This document shows positions 25,801-37,970 of a stretch of 64,000 nt of DNA, one piece after another. Positions within the stretch are counted from its first letter, which is position 1, and each line of letters starts with the position of its first letter. The translations under genes and the position numbers were made by a program. This DNA comes from Psammoneis japonica (Eukaryota): positions 260,874-324,873 of the forward strand of contig QPGO01000029.1 in assembly GCA_008632985.1 (NCBI GenBank), written 5' to 3'. Under the pieces are notes generated by a model. It saw nothing but the letters and a program-made list of their open reading frames with translations, had not been told where the DNA came from and searched no databases.

Positions 25801-28700
25801 ACATGAAAACATTTTTTCTTCCTTGAGCATGAGTGTCCAGCATGGTTCTTGAGCAGTGCCACTCAAGATGGCCTTTTTCTTCACATTCATTGTCACATCT
25901 TCTGTCCAACCCAAGTTCTGTCTGCACTCTTCTCCCATTTTCAATTTGAGTTTGTCGGCAACAAAGCCCATGACAACATCATCTTCATTTGTCATCAACA
26001 CAGGATCTTTGACAACCAACTTAAAAAAACAAGCATGATGAGCTGTGCAATTGTGTTGTTGATCAACCACTTGTGCCAAAAACCAATGATGACATTTGAG
26101 AATGAGATGTCGCCAGTGTTTCTTGCTTGTGAAGCTCTCCAACTCTTGTTGCATCATGTGAATTGCAATGGTCACATTTGGACTTGAACTTGGTTGCTGC
26201 ATGAAAACACCTCAAATGTGCCACATTTTGGTGACTTCAAAGAAGCCAAATGCAACCAAATGTGTGCACTGTTGCCAATGCAACCATCACATTGCAGCAC
26301 AATCACTGCTCAACAATGAGTTGTTGTCGCCATTGCCACTCTTGTCTTCCAAATGTGGCTGAAACATTTCCTTGCCCTTTTCAATCAGACCATCCACTTC
26401 TGCAACTTTCTCTTGCTCCTCCTTGGTCGCAGATCCCACACTTTCTTCACAACTGGGAATTTTGCCATCACTCTTGCTTGAACTGTCCTCTTCATCCTCT
26501 TCCTCATCAACATGAGTTTTGGAAGTTGACACTCAGTGGTTTCAGTTGTGTGTCTTTTTTTTCTTGCAACCACTTTCATCGTCATCTTCCTCTGTTGGAC
26601 CAACTCCACTGGTGGCTGCATTTGCAAAACAAAAAAAGCACAACACAACAAGTGCCAACAAACAAACATGCACTCCACAATTTCCAAATTAAAGTGAGTG
26701 GACTTGCACTCCAAAAATGCTTGCATCCACTTGTGCGTGCACAACTTCTGCACTTGGCAGATTCTGCCACTTCATCACTGATGGGTTTGTCACCAACTCC
26801 AGCTGTGGCCTGGAGGAATTTCCAATGTCGCCAAATTGCAGCCATGACTGACAAGAATTGCACTCATGACCACTCTCTTCACTGTGTCTTGAGGCATCAT
26901 AACTGGCGCATTGAACCGCATTTGCACCGGACTCAACTTAAAATCACTTCCTCTAACTTGATTGCTGTCCCACACCCTGGCCTTCTTTGAACTTCACTTT
27001 TCATCTTCAAGCCTTTGTTGCTTGGTGCAATGCTTTTGCCTTGGGATGTGACTCCACAAAGTGCAATTTAAAAGTTTTGCAACAGCCATGTGTGAGCTGC
27101 TTCTGTGAGACTTCAAATGTTTTCTGAGTTTTGTCATCTTGCTTTCCATGTCCCCAAATGACTCAGAGATCATGATTTCAGTGCATCGTTGCAACCAACA
27201 AAAATTTAGAAAGTGACCCAAAGCCATGCAAAAAACATGAAACTCTCCTTTCTTCCTTGATGTCCTTTTGATTGTAAACAACAAAAAGAACAACTTAGAA
27301 AATGGCCAATTTTGCCATCTCTAATGTTTGACAAAAAACAGCTGAGTGACTCACCCAAAAGTGTTCGCTCCCTTTGGCACACCTGTCCATTGTTCTTCCA
27401 ATTTTGGAAAGTTCTGGCAATGTCCTTTGGAGTCACCATCAAAAAGCTTTGTGCCAATGAGCTTGCAAAAACAATGGGCCAGTTGCTGCATCTCTGGCCT
27501 CTCAAATTCATTCTTGCACAAGCAAGCAACGGCGGAACAACAACCAGATTACAAAGACACACAGATTGTCAAAATTCTTGAACCCAATTTTCACACTCAC
27601 CTCACAGTGAACAAATGAACTCTTTTCAAAGTGCAGCGGGTTGTTGCTGCCCTCAAAACCTTCTCAGCTGCTTTGACAACTCCTTTCTCAACATCTTTGA
27701 CTCCGTCTTTCCTCTCATGGCAGCTTGCAAGCATTTGTCAAATTTAGCAACATTTTCCATTGACACGCCAATGAAGCAGCTGTTGTCATCATTGGACAAT
27801 TGTTTGTTTGACAACTTTCCCAAATTTTCCACATCATCTGGGAACTTAGATGAAAACTCCAACAACTCTTGTTCAATTTCTGGAGTTGCAAGCAACTCAT
27901 CAAAACGTTCATTCAACTTGTTCAAACAAGCCACTCTTTCAGCCTGAGCCTCTCCTGACTCAGGTCCAGTCATTCTTGCATTCTTCTTCTCCTTCTTTCC
28001 TGCCTTCAAATCACTTTCCAAATCTTTCTCATTGAGCCCTTTCTCTTCATCTGATGTGACATCATCCTTTCCCTCAGCTTGACATGTGGTTGCATCTCTG
28101 GGCACCCCAAACAAATTTGATGTTCCAAACTTCTTTCCAACAAACCAGCCATGAAGATGACAATGTGCCCTGGATCCACTGACATGGGAGTGGCTGCAAT
28201 CTTGATTTCTCTGTTTCAGGATGATTGCTGGCCACAGGTGCATCCTGCATCTTCTTGTTTTTCTCCCCCTCCTTCAAACCATCCTCTTCTTGACTTTGAC
28301 CTTCATCTCCTCCTTGTTTGCATCATCTTCAACAGGAGCCACTGATGATGACTTGGCATTTTGCTTGTCCATGACATTTTGTTGTCCCATTGTGTGCTCT
28401 CAACTGAGTGCAACAAGCACCTGCACCGATGCTGTGCTTTCTGAAAAATGGTGCTGCAGCGAACAAATGACAAGAACCACCACTGCACCTGCACGCTGGC
28501 GCAGCGCAGTGGTCTGTTCTCATGTGACCAAACTGATCTTGTTAAAAGTTCCAAATGATCAGTTTCTTTTGTTGACATTCTCATCTTTGTGCTCCAACTG
28601 TCATTGCTCAACCCCAGCTGCTCCACAACAGAACATTGTTTGCCGTTCACCACATGAACACTTCAATGTTTTTCTGCAGCAAAGCAAAGAACATCTTGGA
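19900..28700 (-). pseudogene. Degenerate minus-strand coding relics of an unidentified large element
   Basis: Fragmented charged, protein-like frames (27653-28243, 26287-26532, 23344-23625) and weak Ulp1-like protease remnants near 20900-21330; saturated TA/CG loss prevents identification. Confidence 0.35.
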
Positions 28701-29630
28701 TGACTCTTTTTCTTTTTGAGTGAAACAGCAGATGCAAAATGATGCCATTAAATTTTGTCTTTGCAAACCAAACATCACACACAAATGACCGTTGAAAAAT
28801 GACGACGACCGCCCCTCCTCCCGAAGTGCAATTTTCCTTCATGTGCTTGTTGCTCTCACCCCACACATGTGCTGCACTGTCAAATGATGTGAGCCTGAAG
28901 CTGTGAACCCTTTCAGTTTTCAGAAAAAGGCCAAACCACAGCATGCAGCACAAAAAACATGCAGAATTCCATGGCAACACTTTGCCGTGTTGCAAATCAA
29001 AATCATGTGGTGAAAGCACAGTGAAAAGCATGAGGGGTGGAGAATGTCCACATGAGCAATGCAAGCAGTTTAATGTCACACAACTGTTGCTTGACACATG
29101 CAAAGGTCATGTGTCTCAAAACTGTCACCAGAGCAGAGATGTCAAATCAAAAATTTTGGGCGGCCCTTGTGTCACCATGGCAAAGTGCGGTGAAACGCTC
29201 GCCAAATTGCCACACAAATTGCTGGCACAATTGGCTGGAGATGCTTTGTGAGGCTCTAAATGACTGTCAAAGCAGATTCCCTTGGCATGAGATCATTGTC
29301 AAACAGGACCAGAAATGGGTTGTCTCTTTCCTTCATGCTTTTGCCGTGGTTTCCATTTTTTAACCACACGGTGAAGTGCGCACGTAATTTTGTGCCAAGC
29401 GCTGCAGCATGCTGTTGTTTTGTGGCAAGGGATTGTGCACTAAAGACCAAAGTCTGGGAATGCAGCAAATGGAAGATGGCTAGACTTGCAGTGCATTTTC
29501 CACATGAAAAAATGTCCAGGTTCTTGTCCACCGTCATGTGGAATTCTGAGTCACGAACAGTGATTCGTGGGCAACTGCAGTCTGAAATCTGTCCTTTTGA
29601 AGACGAAACAACACGGCAAAGCACGGGGCA

Positions 29631-29793
29631 CCATGGCGCCCTTTGGACGCCAATGTCTCAAAATCTGACAGGGGGCATGACCCGGTCTCAAGTGCATTTT
29701 CACTTGTCAGGCAATCTTGTGCTCACATGGCCATGAGACCGGGTCATGCCCCCCATTGGATTTTGAGACAATGGCGTCCAAAGAGCACCATGG
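29631..29793. repeat. 60-bp imperfect inverted repeat with 43-bp spacer (MITE-like or hairpin)
   Basis: 29631-29690 is the reverse complement of 29734-29793 with about 7 mismatches. Confidence 0.85.
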
Positions 29794-30276
29794 AGCTGAC
29801 GGTTTTTTGATGCTGTGATGTCAGCACTGATTTCCTCACAGGAATCCAGTGCAATCCCATGCAGAATTTCAAAAATCTCTTGGATGCACATCACACAAAT
29901 TTGCACCTCCCATTTGCTCAACAACGGTTGACGAAATCAACATTGCTGATTGCTGTTCATCTCAACAACCTTGCTCATTGTCAGTCAACGTGACGTCCAT
30001 TTAAGAAAATGCCAAAAAAGAGTGACCCTTCCAAAGCTGCAGCCTGCGCTGCCACACATCGCCTCTACACTGCACCAGCCACGGAAATTGAAAACCATTT
30101 TTGCAATTGACAGAAATGTGGTGGACACAACGAGCCACACCACATTGACTGCCAACGAGCCTTGGTCACATCTGCTGTTTTGAGAATGGAAACTCCAATG
30201 AAAGGAGGCAACTGCTCTGGCTTCAAAAACAATGAGCAGCCAACCAAGGCTTCACTGAAGAATTGGGATCCTCATC

Positions 30277-30537
30277 AAATTTTGCCAGTGCAAGTCTTGA
30301 GAGTTGCAAAGAGCGTGAAAGTTGCAAGAACCAGGTGCTGCAGCATCATTGTTGTTTGGCACAAGTTTTGTGCTACAAACAAGTTGCACTGCTGAGTGGC
30401 ACAAGCATCATGCCCACCAAATTTTGCCAGTGGTGCAATTCTCGTGAGTTGCAATGAGCAGGAAAATCACAAGAATTGCTGCACTGTCATTGTTGTTTGG
30501 CGCAAGTCATGTGCAGCGACCAAATTGTGCCAGCGCC
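30277..30537. repeat. Imperfect tandem duplication, unit about 140 bp
   Basis: Both units share AAATTTTGCCAGTG...GAGTTGCAA...TCATTGTTGTTTGGC.CAAGT. Confidence 0.6.
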
Positions 30538-31297
30538 GTTCTGTCATTTGTGCCATTGACAAATCTGTGGCAGCAACCCATTTCCAAGTGGAGAGAGACA
30601 GACACACCATTGGCTTTTTGCCTTTTCACAGCTGTCATCTTCAATGTGTGTGAGAGTGATGACGTTGTCACTTGTCACACAAAACAACACAAGACTCAAG
30701 ACTGTGGTGTGTGCGAGGCTTTGTGAGACTTTGATTGCATGTGCGGTGACCACGCAAGATGTTGCAAACACAGACATGCACAGAAGTCCACATGGCAAGG
30801 TGCGGTCTGTCCAACCTTGTGTTGCTCCCAGACTTTAGCGTTCCCTTGTTTGCGGACTGAACAATTTCTATCCTCAACTGTGCGAAGGCCCCCTTGTCTG
30901 CGCGGCGGGTGCACTCTGCCCGACCACTGTGCCAACTCACCCCAATTGTCTGACGGAATCTTTCTTTCGCTTTTCCCATCAGTTGGCCCCAATTTGAATC
31001 AAAATGCTCTTCTCCATCAATGATGTGCTTGTGTTTTCATTCAGTTTGAATTTCATTCAAAATCTTTGTTTGCGGTCACCTGTTGAATTTCTGCCTCTTG
31101 CCATCAACCCACACTTGCTCGATGCAACACAAACTGGAAAACAGCAGCTGTGGACAACTTGTCAGTTGTCGTGCTGGCAATTTCCACTTTGCCCCAACCT
31201 CAGCTGCCAAATCAAATGTCATCTCACCTTGCTTCTGTTTGTGCTTTGTGCCATTGGAGGTGGAGGCGATGCTTCCAAGCATTGCCGCCGCTTTGCA

Positions 31298-31573
31298 TGA
31301 CAGAAAATGAAGGCAAATGGCAAGAATTCAAACAACAACTCCTTGCTGCTGTCTAAATGGCAGATGAGTCTCCGCTCAGAGACCGTTGCAGGAGCCGAAA
31401 GACGCGCAAGTCGGCATGATCGGGCTGCTGTTGTCATTCTTGTGAGCCTTGTGGCTTGAAAGCAAACTACATCGCGCGTGAACGCGCGGAACCAAAGCAC
31501 ACAAAACTGTGCACGGTAAACTAAACAGCGCGCGACACTTCGCGCGCACCCAAATCCTGTTCAAATCCTGTCA
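31298..31573 (-). repeat. 3' LTR of Copia-2
   Basis: Ungapped direct repeat of 35573-35848. Confidence 0.95.
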
Positions 31574-34500
31574 CTCCCCAGTTTGCTTGAGGAGCCACAG
31601 AAACAGATTCGACTTCGGATGGAATGAAGTTCCAGAACATGAGGGGGCGGAGAAGGTCCCAGATTTGGGAGTGACCCCAATGCTTGCTGAGAATGTCAGC
31701 AGGGTTGCGGGAGCCTTCGATGAAGTGGAACTCAAGGCAACCAGAGGCAATTGCCTCACGCACACGGTGGAACGATAGTGCGGTGTGTCGCTTGTGTAAC
31801 TTGGAGTGCGGGATGGTGGCACTGTCTACAACCGACTTGTTGTCACCGAACATGTGACCAACATTACGGATCGGGACGCCAAGGCAGCGCAGGGTGATGC
31901 GCAGGTCGACAATCTGCTCAACACAAGTCCTTGCGGCAACAAATTCAGACCCGCAGGTCGCAGTCTCCACGGTGGCTTGTTTCTCAGAGAACCAATCAGC
32001 TGGGAATTTGTTGAGGAAGTGGAGCATTCCCATGACAGAGCGTCCGGTGAGCATGCAATGGTACAAGTTTGCATCGACGTAGTGGGTGGCAGTGACGAAC
32101 TTGCCAAGGGGCGGTGGAGCGTCCTTCGGGATCATCTCTTCTGCTTCGCCATACACGGAATGCATCCATTCATAGGCCGGAGCAGGGAGATCCGAACAGT
32201 CGGGCTCTTCCGTGCGAACGCGGAGAGCACCGTGTCGCATCTTGGAGAGGCACCCACAGACGCGTTTGGCACGGTCCAAGTGGCCTTGACGGGGCGCAGC
32301 TCGGAAGCTAGAGAGTGACATGACGGCCGTGGCAATGTCAATTCGACCAAGGGACACTGCCCATTGGAGTGAACCAACAAGAGACTGGAACTTGTGAATG
32401 CCATCGGGTCCCAGCAGTTCGGAAGTGTCCAGTTCGGGGTGGTCACCCTTCTCTAGAGGTGACAGGGCGTTGGTGGCAGGTTTCTCCCCAAACAGTCGGG
32501 CACAGCTGTCGACCATGCGCTCGATGTACTTGCGCGGAGACAGGCACAAGGTTCCGTCGGGTTCCCGGGAAAAGTCGCAACCCAGATGGAACTCAATGGG
32601 TCCCGCACCCTTGAGCTTGAACTTGTGATTTTTCGTGAGAGTGTCGACGAAAGATTGAGGGTCCTTCATGGCAATGGCGAGGTCATCCACATAAACGGCA
32701 ATGCATTCACAGTGGTCGCCGTTCCTGCGCATCCAAATGTCGGGTTCGGCGCGGCAGGGGAAGAAGCCTTCAGCTCGCAGGCAGTCGGCGAAGCGCTCGT
32801 GCCAGCGGAGACCGGAGCTGCGCAGTCCATGCAGTGCCTTGTGGATGACAAGGATGTGCCCTTCGAGTTTGCCGAACTCGGGTCCAGCTACAATGTAAAG
32901 CTTCTCCTTGGTGGTGGCTTCAAGGTAGGCATTGCCAATGTCGGTGGCCCATGTCTCCAACTCGTTGAGTTCGGCCAGGAAAATCATCAGCCGAAGGCCA
33001 CGGAGGGAGACTACTCCGGAGTGGACACTGTCGACAGGTACGTCCGTGAGGTGCCCGTCGGCTACGAGTCGTGCCTTGTGGCGACCGTCGTGTTTCACGT
33101 CGTGCGCTAGGTGCACTCGGATCTTCTTGTGTCCCGCAGGAGGAGTGGAAGACTTGAAGGGCCCGCAGTCATGGAAGACTTCGTATTCGTCGAGTTGGTC
33201 CATCTCGAGATTAGTTGCGTCTCCCCACTTGCGGTTGCCGTTGCGTTCGTCTAGTGACATGGCGTGTTTGTAGTTCCGGGGAACTTCGCATCCATGCTTG
33301 TAGCGAGGTGCAGTGCGGAAGGAGCGAAGCTTGGCTTGGTTGGCCATGCGAAATAGCTTCTTTTGGCGCCTCGCGATGGTGCGGAATCGCTTCCAGCCAT
33401 CCGTGTCGAGGAGTCCGTTCTCTCGTGCATAGATGGCACAGGTGACGGGGTCGTCCTTGGCGATGATGGCAAGAGGCTCGGACGTGATCTCCCCACTTTC
33501 CCATTCAAGCATGATGTTGTAGCTGGAGCCTTTCCAGGTTGGGTCGTGAGGCTTCAGAGGTCCTTCGTGCGACACGATGCGTCGAAATTTCCAAACAGTG
33601 GCATCTTCGTCTTCTTGCTCAATGTGATTCATGATGTCATTGTAGGCAAGGACTTCCTCGTATTCGTCATTGTTGACAGAGCAGACGAACTTAGTGAGCT
33701 CGGGATTGCCGTTCACTTTCCATTCGTGGTCTTCGACGGCCTTGACGATGCGAGCTCTGTGGCGTTGTCCATCCTCTTGTGGCTGCATGAGGAAGGTGCG
33801 TCCAATGATGTCTTGCGGATCGAAAACTGGCATCTTGGGTGTCCTGATCTCCCCATCAGGAGAGTCGACGGGGTTGTCGTCATGGCAAGATTTGATGATG
33901 GGTTCAGGTGGCTCCCCATCAGGAGGATCAAGACGCAGGTTTCGAACGGCAGGATCGGAGGTAGCGGAGCGGACGTTGGACCGGCAGAGGATCTTCTGAG
34001 TCTCGTCAGATAGAATCTTGAAGGTCATCTGGTGGCCGACGTGCTCAGCAATGCCAACGAAGCGTCCACGCAACTCACGGGATTCGGACGGCCAATCGGA
34101 GTCATCGAGGTGGAAGTAAACGGGTTCCCACCAATGAAAGCGAAGCAACGGGCTGATGTCCGGGGTGGAGCCAGTGAGAGTCTCGAGGGGCGTGCGCCAG
34201 TGGAGACGTGGGGACGCTGCATGGTTGAGTGTGAAGCACACGTGCATGAGCGCCAGCAGCCATGCATGGGCGGGCGAACCAAAACGATCCATGACAGTGT
34301 TCGCCATGCGCTTCACGGTCTGGTGTCGACGTTCGGCAAAGTTTTGGTGTTGCTGGTGAGGCTCACTTTGCCAGCTAGAGATGAAGAGGGCGCGTAGGAT
34401 CCCGAGCACTTTGTTGCTGATCTCAACTTGAGCATGGTCGCTAATGAGTTTGGATGGGGCACCACGTTCACGGATCTGATCCTCGAGTGTGTTGACAAAC

Positions 34501-35606
34501 TCTTTGTCCGTCTTAGTGCCGCAGACGTCAGTGACGGTAGACTCGGTGCCAACAAACAGTTGGGCGCTGGTGCAACCAGAGTCGACGGCCGGGGTGTCGG
34601 CACAAACGGTGTCAGTGGCGATGGGCTCGTTGCGGCGGTGCACATTAAGGGCGGGGTTGGGTGATTTGCAGGCCTTGCGAAGGTGTGTACCGGCGGGCAT
34701 GCGGGCGCACTGCGTGGTGCAGTCAAAAGTACGACGGACCGCATCGGCAGGTAAGAAGCCAAAGTGAGGCCGAAGAGACTCGAAGGGGGGGTCCTTGGGC
34801 TGCACAGTGCGCTCCGGAGGTGGAACGTCGTCGTCCTGGGGGCCAATCGCATGCAGATGACACTCGCAGAACACGTCGTCGTTCGGAATGAGGTGATCAT
34901 CGAGGGCGGACGCGTGATCGGCAGACAAGGAAGCGGACATGATGGTCTCGTTGACAACGACACGATGACGGCAGTTGCCGCATTCGTCAAACAGGTTGGC
35001 AGTGGGATCGTCCTGCAGGTCAGAGATCGCGTCGTGCCACTGGTCGTCGTCAGTGACAGAGTGATCGAGGACGGAAGGGTCCCATGTGTCATCACCGGTG
35101 AGGATGACATGGGGCAGGGTGTCCCATTCGGCGTCAGTGCAAGGTCGCATGGCAACATGAGGCAGGCCAGCCTTGGTGTCAATGGGGATGACACAGCCAT
35201 CAGGAGTGGCAATGCGTTGCAAGCCGTTGGGCACCTTGACAGAGCGATCGTTGACATCCTGTTTGTGCCATTCGAGCTGGCCGCAGGAATGGATGGTCTT
35301 GCCCTTGCCCGTGTGTGCGCACTGATGGAGGATGGCGATGACGGGACCACGCTGGGTCTCAACAACGGCACCAGCGGTGACAATGGGGATGTCCACCAAT
35401 TGATGATCGTCAATGCCCTGAACGTCGACTTGGTGAGAGGTGCGTGCAATGATGCGAACGTCGTCGCCAGCAATGCCGCCGTTGGCCCCACGATCGACTA
35501 GAGCACCAGTGCGTGTGGAGCGATGAGCAGAGGCAGAGCAAATGACATTGTGGTTGTTAACGCGGCGGCATCTGACAGAAAATGAAGGCAAATGGCAAGA
35601 ATTCAA
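31521..35606 (-). pseudogene. Copia pol (protease-integrase-RT-RNase H); open frame with many Tyr>Cys/His changes
   Basis: ALVDRGANGG, HQNFAERR, DVKHDGRHKARLVADG, TDIGNAYLEA, AVYVDDL, YVDANL, GDNKSVV, NPADILSKHW. Both ends of the called ORF lie inside LTRs, so its start and stop are not the natural ones. Confidence 0.92.
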
Positions 35607-35848
35607 ACAACAACTCCTTGCTGCTGTCTAAATGGCAGATGAGTCTCCGCTCAGAGACCGTTGCAGGAGCCGAAAGACGCGTAAGTCGGCACAATCGGGC
35701 TGCTGTCATTGTTCTTGTGAGCCTTGTGGCTCGAAAGCAAACTGCAACACGCGTGAACGCGCGGAACTAAAGCACACAAAACTGTGCACAGTAAACTAAA
35801 CAGCGCGCGATGCTTCGTGTGCACCTAAATCCTGTTCAAATCCTGTCA
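35573..35848 (-). repeat. 5' LTR of Copia-2
   Basis: Ungapped direct repeat of 31298-31573. Confidence 0.95.
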
Positions 35849-36067
35849 TTGCACAACAGCTCTCTTGCTCCCCATGATCGCGCTGCTTCCCCCACAATGA
35901 CGATGATGCCCCTGCTTGGCAAGATGTCTCTTCTGACCACCCATCAAGCTCACTCTCAAGGCCACTGCCAGTTGGTCCATCTCGGGCCTTGTGGCTTGTC
36001 ACAGCAACCTTCTTGCTTTTGACGCTCCTCTTCAAAAGAGCAACATCAACAGTTTGTTGCAGACCCA

Positions 36068-36493
36068 TTGCTCCCTGCCATTTCTCCCTCCCAAGTGCAG
36101 AGCCTCTTTAGTCTCTGGAATGATGCTCTCACCACACTTGACCCCAACACATTTGCCAAGCGCTGCGCCAAGAGGTTGGTGCTTTTGCCCATGGTTTTGG
36201 ACACACCCCACACCAACTGTGACTCAATCAAGTCATGCTTTGTGGATTTTTTGCAAAAGAAACCCCAGGGCATCATTCTCGAGTCCAATGTCATTCAGGG
36301 TGATGGCTGGTGCATGGATGCCGGCATTTGCCAATTTGCCGTTGGTGCCACTGGGGACAAGGTCAAGGCCCATTGCACGCATGTCTGCCAGTGCAAAGAT
36401 GGCAAATGGAAGATTGCCCACCACCGCTTCTCTGTCATGCCCAAAGCCTTCCTCCGCCAAGCATTGCGGCGCTGCAATGTGTGTGTGAAATGA
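36068..36493 (+). pseudogene. Mutated COG4875 / CaMKII-association-like (NTF2-fold) domain of iota carbonic anhydrase (LCIP63) type
   Basis: VQSLFSLWNDAL.TLDP, VLLP.V.DTP.T, FLQKKPQG.I.ES, DAGI..F, WKIAHHRFSVMP match the family pattern; the HHHSS motif is damaged and there is no Tyr. Confidence 0.8.
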
Positions 36494-37970
36494 AACAACA
36501 GGCACTCGCAAACTGCATGTCATTTGCAAGTGGTGTCTTTTGACATCCTTCCACAATGACTGGACTCTTTCTTTGTGCAATTGGAAACCACAGCACACCA
36601 ATCCTCATGCAGGAGGCAAAATGACTGTGTGAAAGAAAGCATGCACAATGGCACAGCCCATCATGACGCACTCTTCTTTTCCATTTTTCGTCTCGGGCCG
36701 GAACAAAAAAACAGAAGCCAACGTTGGAGCATTCAGAACCCAAGCTGTTGTTTGTTGTCTTGAAGCATCGCCAATTGACCAATTCTTGCTCATTGCAGTG
36801 TGAGAGATTGAATGGATCTAGCAGCATTTTTGAGTCCAGAAGGGATGCCACAGCAGCTCTCTTCCCAGGCAACAAACAAAAATCCGCCTCACTCATGGCT
36901 TGGCTGTCTGCGGCAGCCAGCGCTGACAAATCTGCTCTGCCGTCACAGCCAACAAAACCACAGCCCAAAGAGCACACATCAACTGGGCCAGCAACAGCAT
37001 GTCCGGTTGGCACTGGATCAACCAAAGAGCATGGATCAACTGGGCAAGCACAATCCTGTCCGGTTGGTGCCGGATGATGTGGAGCAGACTTGAGCCCACC
37101 CAACTCAGAAATGGCACCCACAGAGGACCACAATGACATGAGCAGGCGGTGGCTTTTTCAAGCCAGCATTGTGCAGAGCAGCAAACTGGAGGGACATGGC
37201 AGCATGACAAGAACAAGGAACCGGCCGGCAATGTCAGAGAAATGAAAAAACGATTCTCTGAGAAAAAGCGTGGGTGCAGAAAGGAAAAACCAACGCCGCG
37301 CTTGCACTTGTGGCACACGATCAATTGTCAAGTGAAAGAATGTCCCTGCAAGAGGTTTGGTTTGCTTGCACTTCGACAAGCACACCAACAGCAAGCAAAG
37401 TGCAAAAATGAGGAGCGAGTGCAAGCAATGAGCGTGTTTCAGCAAAAAGCGAGTCACGAGAAAAGACTTGCAGTGACACAAGCAACAAAAAACATCTTGC
37501 CGACAGGAACACATGAGCATTGGATCGAAATGTCCACACGTGATTGTTGGATGGGCGACGCAAAAGAAGAACACATGGTCGCATGCGGTTTTCGTGAGAT
37601 TCTGAACGGTTTCGTCCGATGCGAAAAATTGAAAACGACGGTTGGAATGCGAATGAACATGCCGTGTGCAGATGACGGTTGAACATTTTTATGATCTTAT
37701 CCGTAAAAAGGTGAACAGAACCAAAAGAAGTTCCGTCAGACAGTTCTGTAGGGAGAGAGCGATTGACGGGCAGTGTACACCCGTGTCACCGACATGGGTG
37801 ACATAGTACAGGTGGGGAGGTAGGAAATAACTGGCAATAATCAACAAATGGTACGTACTGTAACAACGAATGGCGTCTCTTTGAACGGCAATCGCAAACG
37901 CGTCGGTGCAACTAAACTAGTGACTTCCATGGGAACGTCAGAAAACTCCTAAATCTGATCCAAATTCGAC

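Larger units (their letters stand above)
31298..35848 (-). mobile_element. Copia LTR retrotransposon (Copia-2) lacking gag, TpA-mutated
   Basis: 276-bp TG...CA LTRs at 31298-31573 and 35573-35848; perfect TSD TTGCA (31293-31297, 35849-35853); purine tract GGGGAG on the minus strand; pol ORF inside. Confidence 0.95.
10810..37690. other. Large TpA-depleted (mostly also CpG-depleted) repeat domain
   Basis: TA nearly absent (about 15 seen in 13081-18300), with strong TG/CA excess; contains nested transposon relics. Confidence 0.92.

Noticed and set aside
29631..30537. CRISPR array or structured RNA gene
   Set aside because: Only one inverted pair and one two-unit duplication; no repeat-spacer periodicity or RNA family features, and the context is eukaryotic.
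10810..31290. Many short Cys/His-rich ORFs as real genes
   Set aside because: They overlap in all frames, lack Tyr and arise from loss of TAA/TAG stops.
31571..35501. Long alternative ORFs overlapping Copia-2 pol (for example 34313-35491, 34764-35501)
   Set aside because: Shadow frames kept open by stop-codon depletion; no motifs.
24..35848. ADAR-type RNA editing or RT error
   Set aside because: Changes are on both strands, differ between sister LTRs, affect a TSD, a junction and non-retroelement DNA, and TAG is relatively spared.
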